A stretch of 64,000 nt of DNA, taken from the NCBI GenBank assembly GCA_903813345.2, contig CAIIXF020000001.1:37696001-37760000 (forward strand). Reading direction: 5' to 3'. This DNA is from Owenia fusiformis. Taxonomy: Eukaryota. The translations under genes and the position numbers were made by a program. The notes beneath the pieces were generated by a model. The model did not search any database, was not told the origin of the DNA, and saw only the letters and a program-made list of their open reading frames with translations. This document shows, piece by piece, positions 41,401 to 53,500 of this stretch. Every line of letters starts with the position of its first letter. Positions within the stretch are counted from its first letter, which is position 1.

Positions 41401-44400
41401 AGAATTTGTTAAATGCCCGTATAAGGATCAATACTAAATCATTTGATGCGCCCAAATCAAGATGAAGAAACACCATTCAGTTTGTAATAAAAACTCATGG
41501 AGAGCCATGGAATCATGGAAAGTCCATGAGGACAGATTCTATGGTGCTTAGCAAAAAGCAAATTGCAGTTATCCAGGGAGAAGGGTGTGTCACAACTTAC
41601 AAAACAGTGAAAGTGTTTGTGGCAACATGTCCTTTTACCAAGTAGCCAAATTTTCAAACACATTTTGTCAATTGGCTGATGTTCCATTCTCTGGTGTTTC
41701 AAAGTACAGTGATATATCAATCATGTTCTGATATGTAACTCAGTATTGGACAGTCTTTCCAAACTTTCCATTCTTCATGTCATTCTTAAATGTTTGGTAC
41801 TTTGTGATAACTCATTGTTTTCAATATCAACTAAGGCTTTAGTTGAAGTAGCAGTAATATAAGTTATTGAATGATTTGAAATGCAATACAGTATATATTC
41901 TGCTCAAGAAATTCTGTGTTGGAAAGAGACAAAGTCGAGTGCCAATATATAATATTGAGAGCAGAATATATCCTGTATTGCACCTCAAATCATTCTATAA
42001 CATTTTTATCGTGTGGTCTTAGGCCAATACATTTTACTCAGAAGGTAATTCCTATGAAATATTCTGTATTGCTACTGAGATTGTCCCCTCCGTCCCAATA
42101 TTTTTTGTATTGCTAAGGAGATGATCAATAAGGACAATCTCAGTAGCAATAGATTGGTACAGAACAAGAACTGACCAATCAGAGGGCTTCATTTTACAGA
42201 TCATACGATAAGTAAGCTGAATACTCTCCAGATTCATGGAATTTTGAAATCAACAAGGATTCCAATTCCTCATTCCTGACTTTATGAACTCTGAAGGCCT
42301 TGTTGAAGTGTTTTCCACTACCATCAATTGAACTGCAAATATCTAAGATTCTATAAGAATGTCATCGAACCCTTAATCTCATATATTTTCCCACAGCACA
42401 GAAGGGTATGGAATGTCCCCAATCTAATGAAAGCATTGCAGTGAAACATTAAAGGATCGGGCAATATTATAGACCTTCTTTTCTGCTGCTAAATCAAAGT
42501 TTGTTAATGTCACCTATTTTTATAATCTCATCAAAAATTTATTTGTGAATGACATCCTATCATTATTTCAGTTTTAATATATAAAGGACACAGTTCCTAA
42601 ACCTTAAAACAATGGTATTTTGCAGCATAATTTACTAGCATCTACACAAATTCACAACAATCAAATCCTGTTTCTATAGAACCATCATCACCAAGAATTA
42701 TTTCAAATTACTGATGACATATACATTTATTCTGTCTGAAAAATTGGTGGTTATTTGCTGCATTGTTGTAAAGTTATTAATCATTTTCAATGTATCCCCT
42801 ACGTTTGTCCTGCGGGAGGGGTGGTGGAGGAGGGGGAGGGGTTACAAATATTGAGGAGGGATAGAAAAATCATAGAAAATGTTAACTGATACAAGAATCA
42901 TACCTTCTGTTGAAATTGTGATAATACTGGCTATACAATTGAAGTTATCTACTGTTAAGTAGGCTTGATCATTCAGTTAAATGCCACGCCCACTTTTGAT
43001 TATTTAGAGGGGGTGGGTCATAGAAAAAAAATTTAAAAATATTTCTAATTGAGACTTAATCATCATTTCAATTTTAATGCATGCAGGACATATATATGCA
43101 ATTTTCTAAACCTTAAAACAATGCTATTTTTGCAGTATAACTGGCTAGCATAGGATTTTTTCGTTAACTAGCCCGCCCAAAATAGACACAAATTAGCAAA
43201 TTTTGACAATCAAATTCTGTTTCCATAGCAACCATCATACCTATAGTCACCAATTTTTTACCAGTTATCAATGACATATATGTGTATATATTCTGAAAAA
43301 ATTGTGGTTATTCATAATGTTTTTGTAAAGTTATTAATTATTTTCTAAACCGTACTAAACGAAAAAACGCAAATAAGAGAAAGCTTTCACACACATATAA
43401 AAAATGAACTAGTCTAATCCGCCAGTATAAACTCTGTGCTATACGTCGCCGGGCCAGGCGCACACTTTAAGTACAGTATTTGAACCCATAGTCCCACCTA
43501 TAGAATCTGATATTTTAATAATTTTCAATGAGATAAATATGGCTCAGAGAATTGGGCTAACTTGTAGATTATGTACCGCGGCGTGAATTATTTTTGAGCA
43601 AATTTTTCTCCCCGTGATGTGATGAATTCTTGGAGTTGGGACCATCCCCTCAAAAAGGTTTTACCACTTCTTTAGATTGCCTATGTGGAAGTTTCATGTT
43701 TACACCCCCCCCCGCCCCCCTTTATAAGTCTAGTAACTGGAAGTCCCCCTTTGGAACACTTATGAAAGTCTGTTTATGTTTTGTAATTAGAAATTCAAAA
43801 AAGGGTTAATTGCCGAAATATCAAGAAACAAAATTAAGATTTAAAACATTGACACTCTGATATGCTATCCAATGCCAAACTTATGGAGGGGGTGTACATC
43901 ATTCGTTAAAAATGTCACTCTCAGAATCATCTTGATCCATCAAGGTAATTCATAACTGAAGGAATACACTTGTTTAACAGTATGTCCAGAATGAATTTTG
44001 AATTTTGAGGCTACATATGCATTTTAAGATAAAGTATTTTATTTCTAAGACATTTTCCAAATTGAACTTTTCAAGGTTTAAGTGTACTATAAAAGATTTT
44101 TTTATCATAACTGTGGATTTTTTTGATATTCACAGATGGGTCTGATATTCCAAGATATGGCCAAATGATATGTTTTATTTTAGTGCTATGCGATGAAAGG
44201 TAGGAAAGGAAGAGCAGTGATCATCAACAACCAGAACTTTGATGACACGAGCACTTTGACGAATAGATCAGGTTCTGAACAAGATGCAGAGATCCTCTCT
44301 AAATTATTCACAAAACTTGGATACGATGTTCGTAAATATGATAATTTGACTGCATGTGTAAGTTTATAGTGTACAATTTTAATAAACACATTTCTAAAGT

Positions 44401-46671
44401 GACGAAAACCGCGAACGAAAATAGATCATTACAAGTCACCACTTGCCATTTGTTACAGACGCCGAAAATTGATAAATGACCCTTTCTATTTATTTTCCGT
44501 TCTCCATATAATTGCAAAAACAATATTTAGAAATAACAAACGTCATTAACATCTACATATTTCTGATATTAACTCCGTGATCAATAATGAGTTTTGCCTA
44601 AATTCATATAGGATATGCAGAAATATTTGAACAACGAGGCTAAGCAAGATTATCATAACTATTGCTGCTCGTTTGTTTGTGCTATTCTAAGCCATGGGGG
44701 TGAGGGAAACACAATATATGGAGTGGACGGAGACACAATGAGTGTGAAGGACATCACACTGATTTTTAACAATCAAAATTGTGAATATCTATCTGGTAAA
44801 CCGAAGATTTTCATCATTCAAGCCTGCCAAGGAAGTAAGTTTTCCAAGTTAAGAATTCTTTACCTTTCGAAAAAGAGCCATTCTGTTGAATTTACATGCA
44901 CAGGATAGAAGAGTCCTCGATTTCATTCTCTTTTGGTAATTTATTTAGATACAAAAGACACTGGTGCACTCGACAGAAGTGATAGCAGTAACAATATCCT
45001 TGAGAGTTTGTCACTTGACACAACGGATGGTTCCATCAGTCCTCTGAAAGGCGGGTGTGAATCATCTCATGGGAGATATTATGTTCCCGATGGCGAAGAT
45101 TCAGTTGATGGTTCTTATCCGGGACTTGATAGATGCGACAGTGTACCAACTGACTCGGACATCCTGGTGGCCAATTCAACCACTGAAGGTAAACACACGT
45201 TGGTAACTTATTTCTTATCGCCAAATAAACTGACTGCATGACGTCTTTGTAGTACAATTGTGACTTTGTGTCTAAATTCTTAGAGGTCGGGAGTGTAGGT
45301 TCTTTTAGGCGCTACCAAAATTGAATTCCTGCCTGCGTTAGTCTCTTAAATAACAAGCTATCACTGATCATTATTAGAATTAATTGTCTTATGATTTTTA
45401 CTTTCATGTTTTTCATGCTTTTAGGGAAGACTTCATGGCGTGTAGGTGGTCGGGGCAGTTGGTTTATACAAGCTGTTGTATATGTGTTTGCTAAAATGGC
45501 CCACAATACTGATATCAGTAAACTATTTGTGAAGGTAAATTGCATCATATTCATTTTAGTAACATGAATATTCCCACTCCCTTGGTTACCAATATAACTT
45601 CAAACTAAGCATAGAACAAATAAACTTGATGGAATTATATCATATTGAACATATTTGTCATTTGTCAGTTACCATGTCAACAATATATACTTTTATTATA
45701 TCATTGCTAGAATTTGTGTCCTTTGATTGGCTGATTCAGTACCATGTGATCAAAAATACCAAAGCGTATTTCACAGCTCCCTTAATTTTGGAATTATAAA
45801 AGACGTATTGCCCGGCGTATTGCCCGCCCGGGAATTCTGAATCGTCCCGTTTCAGTTGTGACGTGCATCAAAAAGGCAGACTGAAAAAGATTTAAAAGTC
45901 TGAATTCCGATGAAAAGAACGACATCTTGACGGATGTGCATCGGAATGACATCTAATGTCTTAGAACATTTTCAAGTGTTATGTGGACGAAATAGACGTT
46001 AAATCTATCGATAAAATCGTTCTGGATGGAATTTTAGAGGATTTTTTTGGGAACTGCGAACTTGGGGAATATTACAAGAGTGCCAGTCTGCAAAGTAAGC
46101 GAATGTCTAGCAATGATATAATAAAACAAATATTTCATTCTATGTTCGGGCAATACCTGTTACACTTTCAATGATTTTTGCAGCATGTATTTCCCTCGCC
46201 CTCCGGGCTGCGGGCAATACATGCTGCAAAAATCATTGAAAGATGAACAGGTATTGCCCTCCATAGAATGAAATATTTGCTTAGTATGTTAAGATTGTTT
46301 TGGATACACTTTTCACTCAATCTTTGCACACCGGTGTAAAAGAAATTATGGTCCACTGGGGATTATGGTCCCCTTTCTTAAAGGCCCTTACTGGCCCTGA
46401 TTGTGGATACGATAATAAGGGAAAGAGTTGTGTTTAGGTCACCATATAAATCAATGGAAAGTAGGACCATACTTTGATAGGACCTCCTACCCTTTTACAC
46501 CGGTTCTAAAATTTGAAAATAATTCATATAAAAAATATGGCTATCTTTTAGGTTAATGGACTCGTCTCAAGCGCAACAACTAAAACAAATTTCAAACAAG
46601 CATCGAAAGTGGAAAATACGCTAAGAAAAGATCTGTATCTCTATCCTGGTATAGGCGAAAGTTACTGCTAG
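29475..46671 (+). CDS. CARD-containing caspase (caspase-2/9-like architecture), paralog A, 482 aa
   Basis: Exons 29475-29606, 29994-30327, 30585-30700, 44184-44357, 44612-44834, 44949-45188, 45425-45534, 46552-46671 (TAG); 1449 nt in frame. CARD (LDILERRGENAFDEFYEAL), GRAVIINN, NRSGS, ILSHG, GKPKIFIIQACQG, SWR..GSWFIQ, TLRKDLYLYPG. Confidence 0.92.
32693..33789 (+). mobile_element. Non-autonomous mariner derivative
   Basis: TA|CGAGGGGTGATCAATAAGTAATGGACGC ... GCGTCCATTACTTATTGATCACCCCTCG|TA, arms >200 bp; decayed transposase LLHMVNASAH...LYCPDLLTCDLF. Confidence 0.9.
34681..36515 (-). mobile_element. 5'-truncated CR1/L2-group LINE, reverse transcriptase pseudogene
   Basis: PGPDGI, NYRPISVLSVFSKLLEK, LDFSKAFDTINH, GVPQGSVLGPLLFILYINDL, FADD; broken by stops/frameshifts; (AATTG)n 3' tail at 34681-34705. 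Confidence 0.92.
36880..37134. mobile_element. Small inverted-repeat element
   Basis: TTTATCCTAT(A/G)CCAAGTAG(A/G)GTTTT at both ends in inverted orientation; internal GCGGGA(A)GATA repeats. Confidence 0.55.
37233..38408. mobile_element. Non-autonomous element with arrays of 15-bp subterminal repeats
   Basis: (CCGAAACCCAGTTGT)n at 37240-37315 and the inverse (TTTCGGACAACTGGG)n at 38330-38405. Confidence 0.7.
39232..43327. mobile_element. Large foldback element with ~0.8-1 kb inverted arms built from a ~560-bp duplicated unit
   Basis: 39256 TAGAAAATAATTAATAACTTTACAAAAACATTATGAATAACCAC is inverted at 43283-43327; the unit TGACAAAAGTAGGGG recurs at ~39235 and ~39791; ~2 kb decayed core. Confidence 0.8.
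45690..46275 (+). mobile_element. Crypton-like non-autonomous element in caspase A intron 7
   Basis: IR ATATCATTGCTAGA/TCTAGCAATGATAT; TATTGCCC/GGGCAATA repeats; relic peptide LDGILEDFF...GEYYKSASL resembling the region preceding DUF3504 recombinases. Confidence 0.5.
46330..46504. mobile_element. Small MITE
   Basis: IR ACCGGTGTAAAAG/CTTTTACACCGGT. Confidence 0.5.
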
Positions 46672-49329
46672 AGTGATTGCGTTGACTCTATTAATACGTC
46701 CTTAAAGTGTATCATAAGTTGACGATGCAACTCACTGTTTAAACGTTGTCAAAATGATGGGATACTTCTACTTTTTGTGAAAATATTCTTTGATGTATCG
46801 ACTTCAGTATCTTTCTTCGAAGTGTAATGACATAGGATTCTCAGCTCCAAAGAAACAATTTGTGAAAGGATCAGCCTCACCACTCAGGACAGTGTTGAAA
46901 CATAAAATGCTAGGAACAACTAAAATGAGCGAAAGCTATTTATATGCCATCCAGATTATCGTAAAGACTGTCTGTCAACAGAAGGGAAGGGGCATCACGT
47001 TGTTATTGATGGAAATCAATCAGACGGACTATTCTTGAAATAAAAAGTTACAGCATTTTGAAAAAAGTGGCGTCTTTTTGGCCCACCCTGTATATAGAGT
47101 CCCCCTAAAGATTAATTACTGAATTAATAGTATTAATTTAACTTAAATGCCTAATGCTATAGAAACCAAAATACTAATATTATCAAATGTCTTTGATGCT
47201 GTTGATATCTTTTGAGTTTCTAATAACAACCCTATTGCTAATGCAAGTACCTATAAATGCAATCTTAATGAAGTATAAGAATAGTGGATGGTTATATTCA
47301 AAGAAATAAAACAACGTTTTTGAAAATAATCTTTGAAATATTAGTTAACTCAAATATTAGTCGCTTTACTTCACAAACAACGTTTTTTAAATTTTTTGTA
47401 CGCAGATATAGTGACCCAGACATATCTTTACATTCGATTTCAATCATGTAAAAGTACAGGTATTCATTGATTGCAACCAACGTTTTACATATAAATTATC
47501 AAACATTTTCTAGCTACATGTAGGCTATATGAATTGATTAACCATGCCTTGTATAATGCCATGCATGCATTTGGCGATTGAAGATAATTTTGTAAATGTA
47601 ACTATGATGATAATTTATAAATAAATAAATAAAAAATGAACCCTGGCTCTGTAAAGAAAAAATGTTCATTGTCCTTTACCAATCATATCCTTTTTATTTT
47701 TCGTTATCATTATCCAAACATTAAGACTTAGAGGTATAATGTATGTATACTTTGACCAATTGGAGAAAATTTCAAATTGAAGAACGATTAACAATAAATA
47801 ATGAAATTGTCATAGATTTTCAATGGAAAGTGCCATGGAAGTCGTGGACATTTTTATTCATGAGTTTACTTTTATTAAGTCATGATATTCATCCTTTATG
47901 ATTATACTCACATTTGAGATTGTGGTTCTTTTATGTGACTTGCGCATGTTTACACCATGCGACTTCCTACACAACATGGGATTACCAATTTTCTTTAAAG
48001 GGGTTTCAAAACGAAACTGACGAACAGTTTTGTGAAAACCTAAATCATCAAAGGCGACAAATACAATGTCCTGGACTTAAGTTTTAGAGTGTTGCCACTA
48101 ATACAAAAAGAACATTAAGCTGGGTCCTCTGCATTTTTGAGTGCAGGCTGAGACTAAAAGGTGCAGGTAAGCAAGTGCTTGAAGCAAATTGAAATTATAA
48201 TTGCCATGCTTTTACCTCTGGGTTATTAAAGGTATTATAAGCCCTTCCCCATTCAAAAACACATTTGAGGTTTGAGGTACACGGTTTCAATTTTAGCGAC
48301 ACTAGGCATTTTGATCTCCCCGGACCCGTGTACGCCAAGTCAAAGATGCAAGGTGCAATGAAGTTGTCATTAGAGCCACCTATAACATATTATATAAGTT
48401 AAGGTTCAATACGTCGGCAAAATGACTATGTCAAAAGTGATTCATTATATACAATGCATAACACGTCGATGAAGTTAATGAGAATCTGAATATGAAATTA
48501 CTATGGCAATTCGAAACAGCATTCCCGTATTTATTGCATTTCCACAGACAGTGTTTTTTCTAATTTACAAGCTGACGACAATATCATACCTTTTTAGTAT
48601 AGGTATAAGGAAAGGAGTATCTAAATCAAATCCACGAGCATACATATGACAAATTATGGATTATGCTATGGTTTTACGTTGTTTTCAGGGGCTTTATTGT
48701 TCTTTTTTGAACCATTTGCATATGCACAAATCAAATATGTACTCTTTTTAAAAATACCTAGGACTTCTTAACATACGTTATTTGGCTGGCCTATAGAATG
48801 TTTCAATAAGTTAATGTTTAACATACTCAATAGCTATTGATGACAGACTGGCACCTAGTACCTAGTAAACATACGATGTCACCTCAATGTTTTCGTGTTA
48901 TCGAGTCTTACGAAAAAAAAGAAAACATGAAATGAACATAACAGCATGCGTCGCATATGTCAACAAATAGATCTAGTTGACGTAACCACTTTTTATGTGT
49001 CGACCAAATCTCAAAAGCAATCAAGGGCAACAATGACATAATATATGAACAAATACATCCTGACGTTTTTTACAAGAGAAACATGTTTACTTCACGTGAA
49101 ACTATTTATGTAATTGAATATATACAATCACGTTTGTTTGTATCTAAAATTAAACATAAATAATTTTCCATTTGATGTTTCATGGTGGTCCCCTGATTAC
49201 ATTGACATTTTAGCTGAGTTAAGTTTGACTGACTCCCCAAAGGTGATCAGGTAAACGGTGGCATTACATGTAGTACCAAATAAAAATTTCAAAAAAGGCC
49301 TTTTAGTTAAGCTTTAATGTCCTGTTTAA

Positions 49330-50026
49330 AGTCCCCGTCTAAAGTTTGAAAATATTTTTTTATCATTCATTTACTATTTGTCAGGACGTAAAAAGTGATT
49401 TTAGAGATTTTTGAACAAAAAAAATTTTTGAAAAAAAAGTTGTGAGCATTTCATTTCTCAAATATTCAAATTTCCCGCCATTTTTCAAAAAAAAGTTGAA
49501 ATTTCTTAATCATCAAATATTTCTTAATGCATTTCAAAAAAGATTATCTTTTTAACACCAATGCAAAGATTGAACAAAAGACACACTATTTCAATAATAA
49601 AATGTCATATTTAATGAGCCACTTCAATGTTTTAGCTTTTCAAAAATATTTTGAAACATTAGTGATGTCACTAAGGTAACAAAAACTTTTTGAAAAAAAT
49701 TGAATTTTTTTTCGATGTCAATCTTTCCTAAATATGCTAGACTTTCATAAAAAACGTTCATTTCTTTTTTATCAACCGTTTTTCTTAATTTTTTCGGCAA
49801 AAAACATGGGAGGATGAATGCTACGCATTGGTATGAATTGTGGCTAATTAGAAGATATGAGTGACCTCTAAAAGTTTGTTTTGAATAAATTCACAAATTT
49901 TGGAACAAAAAGTCTGTCAAAAACCACTTTTTGAAATTAAAAAAAAAAGTTTCACATATCACACTTTGATAACATTGGATAAGACTACAATATAAGTCAA
50001 AGTGGTTTAAACTTTACATGGGGCCT
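49330..50026. mobile_element. TTAA-targeting non-autonomous transposon, Kolobok-like
   Basis: TTAA|AGTCCCCGTCTAAAGTTT ... AAACTTTACATGGGGCCT|TTAA. Confidence 0.65.
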
Positions 50027-50030
50027 TTAA

Positions 50031-50376
50031 GGGCCCCTGTTGTAGCTATTGAAAATGGATTCTAGCAATACTCACCAACATGAATCTACTTGTTGAGGCT
50101 CGATCAACGAGAAAATGTGGATTTCAGCAAGGAGATAGACGTCCTTGATTTCATCAAGGGTGTCATTGACTTATTAAGGGGATACAAACGATTTCACCCT
50201 GCATATCTACAGTACATATGCAGGATGAACTCAATTGCATCCCCATGTTAATCCAATGACACCCTTGCTGAAATCGTCATTTTCTCAGAAGAACTGAAGT
50301 TGATTGAGTCTCAACAAGTAGATTCATGTTGATGAGTATTGCTTGAATCCATTTTCAATAGTTCGAATAGGGGTTC
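50031..50376. mobile_element. Palindromic TTAA-flanked MITE
   Basis: Near-complete hairpin: CTATTGAAAATGGATTC.AGCAATACTCA.CAACATGAATCTACTTGTTGAG and its inverse; TTAA at both ends. Confidence 0.8.
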
Positions 50377-50594
50377 TTAAACAGGACATTGTGCTTGCTT
50401 TTTAGAACTTTTTGTTGGTACTAATGGCGAAACATTAAGATCATATATAAATTGTTAATCTCTCTTGTCGACATTTAAGTAGAGCCTATAGTATTTTTTG
50501 ACAGCGTAACTATTTGTATCATGTTAAACTTTAAAAACAGTTTTTAATGAATCAGGTATCGAAACATCAACAGGTGCTTAAAAGAACAGGCAAA

Positions 50595-53500
50595 ATGGAT
50601 TCCAAACACAAAAAAGTTCTGAACAAGTACAGAGTGAGGTTGCTACAACATCTAAAAATCAGTTCTTCGTTTATCAGTTACCTTCAAGCAGTGGAGATTA
50701 TGTCAAGGGCCATGAAAGAGGATATCGAGGTATGTTAAGTCTTACAACAGCAAATAAGGCATAAACATACAATATGTCACCGCCTGTCATTTGTTACAGA
50801 CGCCGAACGCAGAACACAAACCACCAAACGCCGAACACCGTCCACAAAAATGTTAGAGACTTGAACAATATGTCACCACTTTTGGTGATTACATAAAAAC
50901 GAGTACCTGGCAACGATGTGTTCGGGACAGTACTCTGCAAGTTTCGCTTCAGTGTTATTCATATCCCCACTTACACCAGTCAAATAAAAGAATGAATATG
51001 TCTTCCATAAAATAAAGCATTACATCGACCAACCGAAAATGATAGAACTACTTTTCCCAAAACTCTATCTTATATTTAGATTGAACAGAAACGTTCCAAG
51101 AAAGCAGCACTGTTTCTTGATTTGTTGGAAAGGAGAGGGGAACGTGCTTTTGATGAATTCTATAATGCGCTCATTCACACTGACCAAGCTGAACTTGCAG
51201 ATCTCCTGAAGCCAGGCGTAGCAATAGAACGCAGAGCTATACAACAGCAACGTGTTGAAGAGAAGAGTGCTCAATTGGCTGCGATGAGTTATCAGTTGCA
51301 ACTGAATCCTGCCGTTGTGGATCAATACCAATCAAGCCAATCAAGCCAATATCAATCAAGCCAAAATCCAAAGGGCCAATCTCAGCCAAACGACATAGTT
51401 GTTATTTCTAATATGAACTCGATGCGTGGGCAACCGTTGGGCACATCTTCAGATGACGGAAATTGCATAAGTATAACCTCTTTGGTTGAATCAAATCAGT
51501 CCTCCTGTCCAATAGAAAATGATGAGAGACCTTTGGACGGTAAGACTACTCATATATTTTAAACATTGACAAAACCGATCTTGTCTTTATATACGTCCGA
51601 CCTTTAGAAAGAAAATAGTCACTAATGTTAGCAGGATACCTAAACCTTTAAATCATACATCATTCATCCCCTTTATAGAATGGCCAGCCGACGATTGGGC
51701 TCCAGTTACAGAAATAGATAAAATGAGGACAAGTCCAGATGATTGGAAAACTCGAATTTCAGGCGGAAATAAGGTTAGTACTTAAATATTTGGGTATAAC
51801 TTTATTTTATTTATTACAATTCTTGATCTCCCACATATGATAATCTTTTCAGTATTACACAATGATGAAAAGAGGAAGGGCTATTATCATAAACAATGCC
51901 AAGTTCAATGGGAAGATGGGTAACAGACCAGACTCCAAAGAGGATGTAAAAAACCTTACCCATCTATTTAGTCATCTTGGATACACCGTTTCACCAACGA
52001 AAAAGTGGCAGAATTTAACTGCAGAGGTTTGTCTTTTACATTTACATTTTGTGTACATTAGTAGAAAAGAACATCCTGATTAAGATTTCAGACAAGTTGT
52101 ATTAGCATTGTTTGATTGCACAAGATATTGTTGAAAAGGCAAGCCTATGTAATTTTAGAACATGCGTTCACAATTGCGTAAAGAGAGCAGACATAACGAT
52201 CACCAGGATGTTAGTTCATTTGTTTGCGTCATCTTGAGTCATGGGAACAATGGATTGATATACGATGTGGACGGTGCTATTATAACAATTGAAGAAATAA
52301 AGACAATGTTCAACAGTAAAAATAGTCCACATCTGGCTGGTAAACCAAAGATCTTCATCATTCAAACCTGCAAGCTCAGTAAGTTCATCACTAAATCTTG
52401 CATAAGCCATTAACCATTTTTGTACTGCGTACATACATAGCATGCATTGTAGCTTTTTCACCGATATAAAATAATTGATTATAAACGTTGAACATTCAAA
52501 AGTTCTATATAAAGGGGGGGGGGGCAAAAAACAATACCCAAGTTTAAGGATGAATATCATATGATACATATCATATGTGCTATTCACTGCTGATTTCCAA
52601 ATTGTGGAAAATTGACTCGGTAAAACGTGAACTTTGGCATCTTCAAAAAAGGTACATTTATACAAGTTTAGTGCAAACTTCAATAACAATACTAATATCT
52701 TTTAAATTAATTATAAATTGTGTAATACTCTCAAATAAATTTATGATGATTCAGTCAAGCATATTGAGTGCATCTGTACTGCACTATGGAGGGAATTTGG
52801 GAATTTTCATTTTTTTTTAAATTTTGGGCGCTCATGGCACCCATGGTGTCATGCCTCCACAATAAAACAAAGATTTTTCAATCGGAAAGTGTCATATTGT
52901 TAGGAAATGACTTATCTTTAAAAGGATATATAATACATAAAATGGTTTAGCATATATCATATGAATCATTCATGTTTAAACTTGGGTAATGTTTTTATGG
53001 CCCATCCTGTACAATTCTTGATTTTGTTATATGCTTATGTTGGCTTTCCAGCTGCCAATGGTATGGACAATGAGTCTAGCATAGAGTCGAACTTGAGCAG
53101 CATGCCAAGCATGTCATTTGACATAAATGATGGTGATCGTAAAGGACTCCAAGGTCCAAACGATGTTAAAGAAGAGTGTGACAGTGTACAAGTCCCCGAT
53201 GATTCAGATATGATAGTCGTTTCTTCAACGACAGAAGGTATTTTTGTGAATACCATACCACCTTTATTCTAACAGTATGTCAGTAACTGACATTAATCAC
53301 AAGGAAATACATTAATGCTTATTCAAGAACATCTGTTCTATTTGCATTCAACGAAGTTAACGTTGACACAGAGGACATGATAGAGATATCTAAAATCATC
53401 TTAAGTATGACAAACAAAAGGTCACGCATGATGAGAGCCTATGTAGGTAACACAGGTTGCTCTTAGTTATTGACAGTATTTAAACAATCGGGTAATACTG

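Noticed and set aside
52216..52689. 157-aa minus-strand ORF
   Set aside because: Antisense to caspase B exon 5 and intron; no recognisable domain
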